From contig JAYVHO010000008.1 in the NCBI GenBank assembly GCA_043771175.1, forward strand, positions 5,124 through 69,123: a stretch of DNA of 64,000 nucleotides, in the 5' to 3' direction. The number at the start of each line of letters is the position of its first letter. Position 1 is the stretch's first letter. The DNA comes from a bacterium. Its GTDB lineage: Bacteria; Patescibacteriota; Minisyncoccia; Phycocordibacterales; UBA1006. The notes under the pieces were generated by a model, which saw only the letters and a program-made list of their open reading frames with translations, had not been told where the DNA came from and searched no databases. Below, piece by piece: positions 18,107-26,769 of the stretch. Position numbers and translations under genes: made by a program.

Positions 18107-18136
18107 AAAAACCGCTGCACAATGCAGCGGTTTTTT
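18107..18136 (+). terminator. Rho-independent terminator
   Basis: accgctgca-caa-tgcagcggt followed by a T6 run. Confidence 0.8.
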
Positions 18137-18156
18137 ATAATCGGTGAGATAAATAG

Positions 18157-19137
18157 TTACTGTGCTTTCCATAGTACTTTAGGAATTTTACTTAAGCTGA
18201 GCTTGTTATAATTTCTCATGCAATCTGGATCATAGAATATTCTCTCGTCTTTGATAAAATCAAGTATACTTTTTGAAAATGAAGAACAGATGCTTATCAT
18301 CGATAGACGTTGATAAATATGTTCAGTTTCAGATACGTCATGCTCTACTTCGGTAAAACTGACCAAGATTTCTTGAGGTGCAGCAGAAGTAGCTTGAATA
18401 ATTTGCTGAAGGGTATAATCCGTCATGCAGCAAGGACAAGCATTTGAAAAATATAAAAGAGGATTATGGTTATGAATAATATTTGCACAAACTGCTTCTT
18501 TTCCTTGTATTGACATAAAAACATTATTTTTTTGAGTATTTACAACGGCTTCAAGTACTTGAGAAGAAATCATTCCTTTTTTATATGAAGCATCTTTAAG
18601 ATAGTTATAGATATTTTTGACAGGAAAGAAATATTCTGAAAAAAAATCCAGCGGAGTTTCCTCGTTAATATATGTTTCTGTTAAGATTCCTACTCGATAA
18701 TAATAGGGAAAATCATGATTTGGTTTGAATACTGCTAATTCATGAGAAAGTAATCCAAACGCATATGCAGACTTTACTCCAATAATTTTATTATCTTCAT
18801 GCGAAATAAGATTAAAAACATCAGAAATTTGAAGTAAGTATGCATCTAAAAGATCCTTGCCACTTCTTATTATGGTAGGAGAAAAATTTGCAATATGTAC
18901 AACATTTTCAAAATACAAAGGAGGTAAAGCAACTTCAAAGCTTTTTAAATATTTTATCTTATTAAGAAGCTGCTTTTTTTCTTTAGGTAATAGGTGTTTA
19001 AATATACCAAGGATACTTTCAATACTTTCTGATGATTTATCATCAAACGTAAGACCGGCGGTCAGTAGTTCATAGAGTGAGTCAGTGAATCCGAAAGATT
19101 CAACATCAAGGGAGGAGTTATAAATAATTTTTGCCAT
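18157..19137 (-). CDS. Hypothetical protein (orphan, about 327 aa)
   Basis: Long ORF with no motif I recognise. ATG at 'MAKIIYN' is preferred over the TTG at 19206, because TTGACA-17-TATCTT (19206-19178, minus strand) lies upstream of it. Confidence 0.5.
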   Translation of the reverse strand: MAKIIYNSSLDVESFGFTDSLYELLTAGLTFDDKSSESIESILGIFKHLLPKEKKQLLNKIKYLKSFEVALPPLYFENVVHIANFSPTIIRSGKDLLDAYLLQISDVFNLISHEDNKIIGVKSAYAFGLLSHELAVFKPNHDFPYYYRVGILTETYINEETPLDFFSEYFFPVKNIYNYLKDASYKKGMISSQVLEAVVNTQKNNVFMSIQGKEAVCANIIHNHNPLLYFSNACPCCMTDYTLQQIIQATSAAPQEILVSFTEVEHDVSETEHIYQRLSMISICSSFSKSILDFIKDERIFYDPDCMRNYNKLSLSKIPKVLWKAQ

Positions 19138-19493
19138 ATCTTGAGTTAGATTAAGTTTTTTAAATAAATTCTTCTTTAAGATACATTTTTTATCTATCAA
19201 TGTCAAACATATTGTGCGACATTAACTTACAAAAGATAAAAGTAGGCTTTATGAAAAATATACAAAAGATAGGTGTGACATTGTGTGCGCTAGTGTGTAT
19301 AAGGTGAATATTAACTGCATAATAATGATCAGCAAACTATGTTTAAAGTCTGAAGTTATAGTATTCTAAAAACCACAATAAACTATGGTTTATAATCTTT
19401 CTTTGTCGCAAAAGATATATTGTACGACATTGATATATCTTTAAAACAATTATGTTATCCACAGTTGAATATTTTTTATAACAATTACCTATT

Positions 19494-19527
19494 TAAAAAA
19501 ATAACCCAGAAAATTTCTGAGTTATTT
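19494..19527 (-). terminator. Rho-independent terminator of the 19579-19986 gene
   Basis: Minus-strand sense: ataactcaga...tctgggttat followed by a T7 run. Confidence 0.65.
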
Positions 19528-19578
19528 ATTGTTAACTAAGTAAAAATATCAAATTACGTGTAATTGATACACCACATA

Positions 19579-19986
19579 TTACCCAAATCGTAAGTATGTA
19601 AAGTATATACTGCACAATTCAAGCATGACAAAGAATCCGGCAATTACCCCACTGCTTACTTCATGAACACTAGTCTTTCCACTAACAGATAATAATTCAT
19701 AGATTTTTTTCTTTTTTGATCGATAGCCAGCTAGAGACACTTTTTCAATCAGCCACACCACCATACTTATTACAAGCCCTATGCAAACACCCGTATACAA
19801 CATGACAATAATGTCAGGATAGTGTTGGGTATGAGGATCACCTGCCATCATTTTTGTAAATGAATTCCAAAAAAAATTATATAATTTCTTTGAAAAGATT
19901 TCAGAAATAAATGGAGCAAGAACCCCAAATACTAAAATATAAATAGCAGCGGGTACTTGAGAAAATACTTTGATAATATTCTTCAT
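19579..19986 (-). CDS. Hypothetical membrane protein (orphan)
   Basis: 135 aa with 3-4 hydrophobic helices; ATG start; terminator downstream. Confidence 0.5.
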   Translation of the reverse strand: MKNIIKVFSQVPAAIYILVFGVLAPFISEIFSKKLYNFFWNSFTKMMAGDPHTQHYPDIIVMLYTGVCIGLVISMVVWLIEKVSLAGYRSKKKKIYELLSVSGKTSVHEVSSGVIAGFFVMLELCSIYFTYLRFG

Positions 19987-20189
19987 TTTTATAATTTAAA
20001 TAAGATGATGTTAATTATAGTACATTATATAAAATATATGTCAATAAATAATATTATTATGATGTATGTCAAAAAAAGTAATCCACAGCTTGAATACTCT
20101 CCCCTTGCAATTATTGTGGAATTTGTAATAATGCACTCAATCAGTTTAATGATAAATAGCTGATATTTATAATCTAATTAAGTATAAGC

Positions 20190-20465
20190 ATGACAACACT
20201 TGACCTTGAACAATTAATGGTAATTTCATTCTCATCATCAAGAATTTCACTTGGAGAAGATGACGATGAGGTTGATGAAGAAGAAAGCCCTTCTTTATAT
20301 GACGAAGACGCTCCAAAGAAAAAAATAAACCCATTTGAACTTGTTGATGAAGACAACAAAGATGGTGGCACAGCAGAGGGAGACGACGACGTTGACCCTT
20401 TGGTTGGTGATGAAGATGAAGAAGACATTGAAGAAATGGATGGATTCTCTGAAGTTGAGGAATAA
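20190..20465 (+). CDS. Hyper-acidic D/E-rich small protein
   Basis: 'GEDDDEVDEEE...GDDDVDPLVGDEDEEDIEEMDGFSEVEE'; ATG start; terminator at 20487-20511. Confidence 0.55.
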   Translation: MTTLDLEQLMVISFSSSRISLGEDDDEVDEEESPSLYDEDAPKKKINPFELVDEDNKDGGTAEGDDDVDPLVGDEDEEDIEEMDGFSEVEE

Positions 20466-20486
20466 TTACAAATTCAAAACTTATAT

Positions 20487-20511
20487 AAAAATACGCTTAC
20501 GCGTATTTTTA
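20487..20511 (+). terminator. Rho-independent terminator
   Basis: aaaaatacgc-ttac-gcgtattttt. Confidence 0.75.
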
Positions 20512-20533
20512 TATTGTGTAAAATTCTCTACAT

Positions 20534-20561
20534 AAAAATCACATACTAATATGTGATTTTT
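20534..20561. terminator. Palindromic terminator serving the K/A-rich gene on the minus strand
   Basis: aaaaatcacata-ctaa-tatgtgattttt. Confidence 0.7.
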
Positions 20562-20570
20562 ATGAAAAGA

Positions 20571-20729
20571 TTATTTTTTTGAAACCTTTTTAGTTGCTTT
20601 TTTAACTGCTTTCTTTACTGCTTTTTTAGGAGCGACTTTTTTAACAGCCTTTTTAACAACTTTCTTTACTGCTTTTTTAATTGCTTTTTTAGGAGCAACT
20701 TTTTTAACAGCCTTTTTTGCGATAGCCAT
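20571..20729 (-). CDS. 52-aa lysine/alanine-rich, histone-H1-like basic protein (not in the ORF track)
   Basis: Hand translation: MAIAKKAVKKVAPKKAIKKAVKKVVKKAVKKVAPKKAVKKAVKKATKKVSKK*. ATG start, TAA stop, internal ~63-nt DNA duplication. Confidence 0.65.
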   Translation of the reverse strand: MAIAKKAVKKVAPKKAIKKAVKKVVKKAVKKVAPKKAVKKAVKKATKKVSKK

Positions 20730-21024
20730 ACGTGTACTTAGTGTTGAAAAACGAATAATAAATAAAATGAGATAAATATTATTGTTAGTGATTGGTTAGG
20801 GTCGACCGCATGAATAACATAAATGGTCGATACAAGCATTTACATTTCATGTATAGATATTGTATGAATAAATTGAGGTTCATACAATAGATAAGGCTGT
20901 GTATAACCATACTTCATTCTATCTTTTGCAATCGTTTTGCAAAAGATAGAATTATATTTATGATAGTAAGAAAAATTACTCCACCACTACATTCTTTTTA
21001 ATTATTAGTAAAAATTCAAAATCT

Positions 21025-21125
21025 CACCAAAACACTTCTCTCTAAACTCCATCCGGACGCAAGCGTTCCTATTCATACTTCTTTTATAAGTCCCGCAAGC
21101 ATGTTTAAGGAGAAGTGTTTTGGTG
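21025..21125. other. 101-nt long hairpin (candidate ncRNA or MITE-like element)
   Basis: The 23-nt arm caccaaaacacttctctctaaac pairs with gtttaaggagaagtgttttggtg (one mismatch, one G.U). The interior carries two cGCAAGc motifs. Confidence 0.4.
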
Positions 21126-21159
21126 GATTTTTACTTGTGTTGCAGAAAATCACTAAATA

Positions 21160-21168
21160 TGGTATTGT
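21160..21168 (+). promoter_or_regulatory. rpmA promoter, extended -10 (tggtattgt), with TTGCAG -35 at 21140-21145
   Basis: 17-nt spacer; about 30-nt leader to ATG 21200. Confidence 0.5.
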
Positions 21169-21199
21169 ATGAAAACATTAATCAATATTTTTCACCATT

Positions 21200-21475
21200 A
21201 TGGCACATAGGAAAGCAGGAGGAACAGCAAGGAGTTTTAGAGATTCAAACCCTCAATACCTTGGAACCAAAAAATACGGAGGAGAAAAAGTACAATCTGG
21301 AAATATCATTATTCGTCAACGCGGTACAAAAATCATGCCAGGAACGAATGTGGATATTGGTTCAGATCATACTATCTACGCTACTACAGAAGGATTTGTT
21401 GTTTACGGAACCAAACGAGTAACACACTTTGATGGAACGGTAAAAGTTAAAAAAACTGTATCAGTTCAAAAATAA
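21200..21475 (+). CDS. rpmA: 50S ribosomal protein L27
   Basis: '[44 protein letters not shown]'. Confidence 0.9.
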   Translation: MAHRKAGGTARSFRDSNPQYLGTKKYGGEKVQSGNIIIRQRGTKIMPGTNVDIGSDHTIYATTEGFVVYGTKRVTHFDGTVKVKKTVSVQK

Positions 21476-21483
21476 ACTTCATA

Positions 21484-21508
21484 AAAAATACCCTTACGGG
21501 TATTTTTT
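21484..21508. terminator. Bidirectional terminator between rpmA and rplI
   Basis: aaaaaataccc-ttac-gggtatttttt. Confidence 0.8.
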
Positions 21509-21512
21509 ATGT

Positions 21513-21953
21513 CTACTGAATAGTTATTATAACTTTTGCAATTAAACCATCTGCACAAGTGATTGAAATCTTATAATCCCCTATTTTGTGAATGGAATCT
21601 TCTAATTCAATGTCAATTTCTTTAACAAGAATTTTGAATGTTTTTAAAATTTCTTCACTGATTATTTTTTTAGTTACCGATTTATATAATGTTCCTTGAG
21701 GAGTTTTATCAGATTTAATAATTACGGTGTGATTATTCAAAATATCGTAACGTTTTCTTTTGGTCGTGACTTCTTCTTGCTTTAACTGTGCAACTTTTTT
21801 ATCATGATGAATTTTTTCATGCAATACTTGCTCTGTGGCTGGTTCAGCCAGTTGTTTTGGAAACAGCATGTTGCGTGCTTGTCCCTCACTTACCTCTTTG
21901 ATGTCGCCTTTTTGACCCATTCCTTTAATATTCTGTAGAAGACGTACTTTCAT
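21513..21953 (-). CDS. rplI: 50S ribosomal protein L9
   Basis: 'MKVRLLQNIKGMGQKGDIKEVSEGQARNMLFPKQLA'. Confidence 0.9.
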   Translation of the reverse strand: MKVRLLQNIKGMGQKGDIKEVSEGQARNMLFPKQLAEPATEQVLHEKIHHDKKVAQLKQEEVTTKRKRYDILNNHTVIIKSDKTPQGTLYKSVTKKIISEEILKTFKILVKEIDIELEDSIHKIGDYKISITCADGLIAKVIITIQ

Positions 21954-21989
21954 ATGTATCCATCATACATTTTAAAACGCATGCAGTCA

Positions 21990-22020
21990 AAAGGGCCCGA
22001 CGCTATGCGTCGGGCCCTTT
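21990..22020 (-). terminator. Terminator of the helicase gene
   Basis: aaagggcccgacgc-tat-gcgtcgggcccttt (14-bp GC-rich stem). Confidence 0.75.
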
Positions 22021-22041
22021 TATAATATTGTTAGAGAAATA

Positions 22042-23232
22042 TTAAACAAACGTAATTGCGAATCCTTTTTTATCTGCTCGTCCTGTTCTACCAATTCGGT
22101 GAACATAGGTGTCATATGTCTGTGGGATTTCATAATTAACTACGTGAGTAACTTCTGGGATATCAAGTCCACGTGCCGCAACATCTGTTGCAACGAGGAT
22201 ATTAATATCATTGTTTTTAAACGCTGTTAGAGTACGTTGACGTTCAACGTGTCGTTTGTCTCCGTGGATAGATCCAGCCTTGTAGCCTCGTTTTTCAAGC
22301 TCTACAGCCAAATCATGAACAACATACTTCATACCAGCAAAGATGATAGTTTTTTTACACTCATCTTTTGCAAGAATAAGTTCAAGTCCATCCATTTTGG
22401 TTGGAAAATCTTCCGTATAAATCACGTCTTGGTCAATATTTTTAGAAGTGTCACGTGTTTTAACGGTAATAATTTTTGGAGCTTTCATGAAGTTGTTTAC
22501 TAGGTTTTCAATTTTCTTAGGAAACGTAGCTGAGAAGAAAAGACTTTGTCTTTCTTCTGGCATTTCTGCAAGCATTGCGGTGATGTCATCAACAAATCCC
22601 ATATCAAGCATTTTATCTGCTTCATCGAGAACTACATTTTTAACTTGAGAAAGGTCAATTTCCCCTCGTGCACATAAATCCATTAAACGTCCTGGAGTTC
22701 CAATAATAACGTGAACTCCTTTTCGTAGATTTTGAACTTGGTTGTACATTGAGGTTCCTCCAACACAAATTGCACTGAAAAGATTGATACCTCGTGTAAA
22801 TTGGTCTAATTCTTTGTGAATTTGAATGGCAAGTTCACGTGTTGGTGTCATCACTAACAAAGTTTGTGAATCATCAGCAAGAATTTTATGAACCATAGGA
22901 ATCAAAAACGCAGCTGTTTTACCAGTACCGGTGTTTGCAATACCTACAACGTCCATTCCTTCCATGATAAATGGAATTGATTTGTCTTGAATAGGACTTG
23001 GGTTAACGTAATTTTTTTGTGCAATAGTTGCAGCCAATAATGGATTTAATCCAAAATCAGAAAATGTGTGAGTTGGAACGTATGCTACTTCGTTTTCAAC
23101 AGGCTCTGCCTTGTTAATGAATTTTGAAATATCAATTCCTCCACGCATCATTCTTTTCTTTTGTGCCCATCCTTTTGGTTTTGCTTGTTGAGGATTATTT
23201 GAGCGTCCTCGTTGTCTATCTCTAAATGACAT
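22042..23232 (-). CDS. DEAD-box ATP-dependent RNA helicase
   Basis: 'ANTGTGKTAAF', 'VLDEADKM', 'SAT', 'HRIGRTGRA'. Start at 'MSFRDRQRG'. Confidence 0.9.
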   Translation of the reverse strand: MSFRDRQRGRSNNPQQAKPKGWAQKKRMMRGGIDISKFINKAEPVENEVAYVPTHTFSDFGLNPLLAATIAQKNYVNPSPIQDKSIPFIMEGMDVVGIANTGTGKTAAFLIPMVHKILADDSQTLLVMTPTRELAIQIHKELDQFTRGINLFSAICVGGTSMYNQVQNLRKGVHVIIGTPGRLMDLCARGEIDLSQVKNVVLDEADKMLDMGFVDDITAMLAEMPEERQSLFFSATFPKKIENLVNNFMKAPKIITVKTRDTSKNIDQDVIYTEDFPTKMDGLELILAKDECKKTIIFAGMKYVVHDLAVELEKRGYKAGSIHGDKRHVERQRTLTAFKNNDINILVATDVAARGLDIPEVTHVVNYEIPQTYDTYVHRIGRTGRADKKGFAITFV

Positions 23233-23503
23233 AAATATGTTTATAGAGGTGTTGATAATTTCCCAATAATTTATAGAGTATAAAATTACCACACCTGTGT
23301 TACAGCTAATATAATTGACCAATGTAGAAAAAGTAACATGTATCCTTTAAAAAATACCGAACTTGTTGTAAAACCGGCCTAGTATTGAAACACAGGCAAA
23401 ATAGCTAATATCCCAATGCTGGTAATAATATCATTAAAGAGTAAAAATGTCAAATAACCTCATGTATAAACAAAAAAACACGGTATATCTCTTATGATAA
23501 TTT

Positions 23504-24727
23504 CTATTTCTTTGTATTAATAATCTCAATTGCTTTTTGAAGCTGAGTATCAACTTTTTTATCTTTAATTTCTTGTTCGGTTCTTGTTACGATAAAGTCT
23601 GGAATAATACCCTTTTTTGAAATTTGGTGGTCGTCAGGTGTTAACCACTGTGCAATGGTGATTTTTATGGCTGAGCCTTCTCCTACTTCCATAAGCTCTT
23701 GAACAGATCCTTTACCAAAAGTAGTAGTTCCTACTAAAGTAGCACGGTCGTTTTCACGAAGTGCTCCTGCGAGGATTTCTGAAGCAGAAGCTGATCCTCC
23801 GTCTACCAATAGTACTACGGGTACATTTTTACCAATAGTTTCATAACCCATAGACAAATGAGAAATATTTTTCTTTTTTCCACCAAAATCTTCTTTTACG
23901 ATCACGGCATTTTTAGGAAGAAAATGGCTTGAAATATCAATTGCGGAAGTCAAAAGTCCACCCGGGTTTCCTCGCAGATCTATAATGAGACCCTTTGGTT
24001 TAGTGGCAAGTGCATTGTTAAGTGCTTTTTTAAATAATGCTGCAGAATCAGTAGAAAAACTGGCAAGTTGGATTTCATAAATACCATTATCAAGTTGCTT
24101 TTCAGTAATAATAGGAACTTTGATAATTTCTCGTTCTATGGTGACATCAAAAAGATCTTTTCCTTCTCGTAAAATGGTTAAGGTAACAGCAGTACCTTCT
24201 TTTCCTCGTATCTTTGAAAGTGCTTGTGAAATAGTAATAGTTGAAGAATCCTCACCATCAATTTTAACCATAATATCTTTTGGTAAAATACCTGCACGTT
24301 CTGCAGGAGACCCTTTGAGTGGTGAAATGACGGTCAAAACGCCACTAATAGATTCTATTTCTGCTCCAATGCCTCCAAACTCACCTTGGATTTCTTGTGC
24401 AAATAATTCTGCTTCTTTTGGTGAAAAGTACATGGTAAACGGGTCACCATATGATGCAGTTAATCCTTTTATGGCATCGTATACTTTATCTTGGTTTTGA
24501 GGTTGTTTAAATGGATATTTTTCTTGGAGAAGATTCCACACTTGCCAAAATTCTCCAAAATCAGCTGAAACTGACGGTGGTACTGTAATATTTGACACTT
24601 CTTGTACTTTTTTAATCCCTTTAATGTCGTGAGTAGAACCCACTTTTACTCCAATAAAAAACATAATAGCAAGCAGTGACACTGCCGACGATCCAATAAA
24701 AACTGACGAAGGTACTTTGTATTTCAT
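23504..24727 (-). CDS. S41 carboxy-terminal processing protease with PDZ domain
   Basis: 'GGIGAEI', PDZ 'GSPAERAGILPKD', 'DLRGNPGGLL', 'DGGSASASEI'. Confidence 0.85.
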   Translation of the reverse strand: MKYKVPSSVFIGSSAVSLLAIMFFIGVKVGSTHDIKGIKKVQEVSNITVPPSVSADFGEFWQVWNLLQEKYPFKQPQNQDKVYDAIKGLTASYGDPFTMYFSPKEAELFAQEIQGEFGGIGAEIESISGVLTVISPLKGSPAERAGILPKDIMVKIDGEDSSTITISQALSKIRGKEGTAVTLTILREGKDLFDVTIEREIIKVPIITEKQLDNGIYEIQLASFSTDSAALFKKALNNALATKPKGLIIDLRGNPGGLLTSAIDISSHFLPKNAVIVKEDFGGKKKNISHLSMGYETIGKNVPVVLLVDGGSASASEILAGALRENDRATLVGTTTFGKGSVQELMEVGEGSAIKITIAQWLTPDDHQISKKGIIPDFIVTRTEQEIKDKKVDTQLQKAIEIINTKK

Positions 24728-24769
24728 GTTATTAAGTATATCATCTTTGTTAAATTATTTGGGTGTGAA

Positions 24770-26068
24770 TTACTGTGGTGGAAGTAAATCTTTTCCATAT
24801 TTTGTATAGGCGTTTTTGGTGTATGAATTATTAGGACTCCACACCATAAATCCTTGAGTGTCATGAATAGATAATCCTCGCAGTTGATCTTGAATTTCTT
24901 TTACACCGTATGTTTCTTTAAGGCTAAAATCTTGAACCCATGGGCGAATCTTTTTAAAATCGTGTTTAGAAAGTTGAGACCTGCTGTAGGCGCCTTCCAT
25001 AACTTTTACAATAGTTTCATAGGGATGTTTTTCTGGGTCTTTTACACCCACTGCCCCACTGGTGTAGTGGGAAGGATAAATCATCGGGCACACATAATCA
25101 AAATTATCTAATGCAATAGAAAGATTTTGTCCAATTCCTACATCATCTTGTGTAGTCAGTAATCCAAAAATATCAACCGATGAAGTAATTTCTTTTTCTT
25201 TTAATCCCTTTGAAATATATTTGAAAAATGTTTCTATAACTTGAACTTTTGTTTTTGATTTTGATGAAGGATACACTAAAGCGTATGAACTGTTGGTATC
25301 TGTTGGATATCTTACATAATCAAAGTTGATTTCATCAAATCCATATGAATCTGCAAGCTTTGCAATCTCCAAAACATAATCCCATGTTGGTGTATATCCA
25401 GGATCAATCCAAGAAACACCCTTTTTATCTTTCCAGGGTTTTTTTGTTGAACTGTTTATAATGGCACTTTCTGGATGTTTTTGGGTGTATAAATTATCCT
25501 GAAATACTGCTATGCGGCCAATAACATATATTCCTTTTCCATGTAGTGTTTTAACCAGATTTTGAATGTCTTTGATTCTCGTGAATTTATTCTTTTGGGC
25601 ATACGGATACAGTGGTGAATCTTCTGGTACAGGAATAGATATAACTCCTGTCTCATCTTTTAAATCTATGATAATACTATTTAAAATGGGTGATTTTTCT
25701 ACCACAGAAATAACTTCACTTCTTTTTTGCGTGGTTGAGCCAACCCATGATGTCATGTAGATCGCTTTAATATTATTTGAATCGGGTAAATCATATACTG
25801 GCTCTGGTGGTAACACTGGCTCTTCTTTTTGTAAAATTGAAACATCAGTTTGTTTTGTGAGTATCATTGAGTTTTCTTTAAGATCAGAAATTTTAAAAGA
25901 TTTATAAATATTGGTAGGTGTTTCTTGGGCGCTTACAATATTTGAAAAAGAAGAAGATTCTTCTGAAAAGTTTTTTGTTACCGTAAGATATCTCGAAGAA
26001 CCTATAATAATAACAATCAAAAGAATTGATTCTAATATGGTAAATGAATATTTAATCAAGGATTTCAT
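24770..26068 (-). CDS. Putative glycoside hydrolase, DUF4015-like TIM barrel, membrane anchored
   Basis: 'IKAIYMTSW', 'GIYVIGRIAVFQD', 'FDEINFDYVRYP'. The start could instead be 26131. Confidence 0.6.
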   Translation of the reverse strand: MKSLIKYSFTILESILLIVIIIGSSRYLTVTKNFSEESSSFSNIVSAQETPTNIYKSFKISDLKENSMILTKQTDVSILQKEEPVLPPEPVYDLPDSNNIKAIYMTSWVGSTTQKRSEVISVVEKSPILNSIIIDLKDETGVISIPVPEDSPLYPYAQKNKFTRIKDIQNLVKTLHGKGIYVIGRIAVFQDNLYTQKHPESAIINSSTKKPWKDKKGVSWIDPGYTPTWDYVLEIAKLADSYGFDEINFDYVRYPTDTNSSYALVYPSSKSKTKVQVIETFFKYISKGLKEKEITSSVDIFGLLTTQDDVGIGQNLSIALDNFDYVCPMIYPSHYTSGAVGVKDPEKHPYETIVKVMEGAYSRSQLSKHDFKKIRPWVQDFSLKETYGVKEIQDQLRGLSIHDTQGFMVWSPNNSYTKNAYTKYGKDLLPPQ

Positions 26069-26750
26069 AGCGATTGTAAGTGTTGTTATTAAACTGTTTT
26101 GAAGGTTCGATGTTATTTGATGTTTGCTCAATATTTTTAATAATTTTTCTTCTCGTGGGTATTAAATTACCTTGAGGCGATGGCTCTGACTGCATGGTGG
26201 TCTCAATATTTTGAGGCAGTTTATTAATGGGGTTTTCTGATTCTGTTTTAATCAACTCTTCTGATGTGGTGATAGTGGTAACGGTTTCAGTGTATGTTTG
26301 AGAAATTTGTGGTGGATCTTCATCATCATTCAGTAATGCAGAAAAAACTGGATATGAAGAAAACATATCTTTGAATCGTGATGATGAAGCAGCTATATCA
26401 GGTAATGCAATTACGGGTTCATTAACTACTATTTGAGGAATAGATGTTTCTACTATTTGTGGTGTATCAGAGGTTTGAGAAACAGTGATTGTTTCGGTGT
26501 GAATATTACTATGAGCCGTTGAAGTATCTTGCGATGTAAATATTTCAACGGTTTTTTTTGTAATAGGCTTGGTATTTAGATGATAAGAATTTTTTTGAGA
26601 TATTTGGTACAAAGCTGCACAACTAGAAAGTATAATTGTTATGCCTATGATTTCCAGTAGTATAGTAGTTTGATATGAAAATCCAAGTAATAAAATAACC
26701 AGCAGTAGCGTGCAGGTGGTTGCTATTATTTTGATAATCCATCCATTCAT
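26052..26750 (-). CDS. Hypothetical membrane-anchored protein with T/S/Q/P-rich low-complexity ectodomain
   Basis: Start at 'MNGWIIKIIATT', downstream of the rsmI stop; 2 TM helices then a low-complexity region. Confidence 0.45.
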   Translation of the reverse strand: MNGWIIKIIATTCTLLLVILLLGFSYQTTILLEIIGITIILSSCAALYQISQKNSYHLNTKPITKKTVEIFTSQDTSTAHSNIHTETITVSQTSDTPQIVETSIPQIVVNEPVIALPDIAASSSRFKDMFSSYPVFSALLNDDEDPPQISQTYTETVTTITTSEELIKTESENPINKLPQNIETTMQSEPSPQGNLIPTRRKIIKNIEQTSNNIEPSKQFNNNTYNRYEILD

Positions 26751-26769
26751 ACCTATTAGTATATCAAAC

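Noticed and set aside
19455-19463. Perfect DnaA box TTATCCACA in an AT-rich intergenic region, considered as oriC
   Set aside because: Flanking gene polarity is convergent (terminus-like, not origin-like). No dnaA or dnaN is nearby. Only one perfect box plus one near-match is present, and another perfect box (10811-10819) lies inside the RelA/SpoT coding sequence, so chance occurrence is plausible in this AT-rich DNA.
19441-19465. ATTATGTTAT and other TTATG-containing stretches (also ~20015-20060 and ~20811-20850) considered as a dif site
   Set aside because: None shows the expected ATAA-N6-TTATG inverted-arm arrangement. The left arms do not match.
20174-20428. Ser-rich 84-aa ORF on the minus strand, antisense to the acidic protein gene
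   Set aside because: It is the mirror-frame artefact of GAA/GAT/GAC-rich codons. The plus-strand ORF has an ATG, an upstream TATAAT (20168-20173) and its own terminator. The strand choice remains only moderately confident.
21025-21125. 101-nt long hairpin considered as small SRP (4.5S) RNA
   Set aside because: The apex lacks the conserved helix-8 pattern (GNRA loop closed by the GGAA/AGCA-type symmetric loop). The GCAA motifs sit off-centre.
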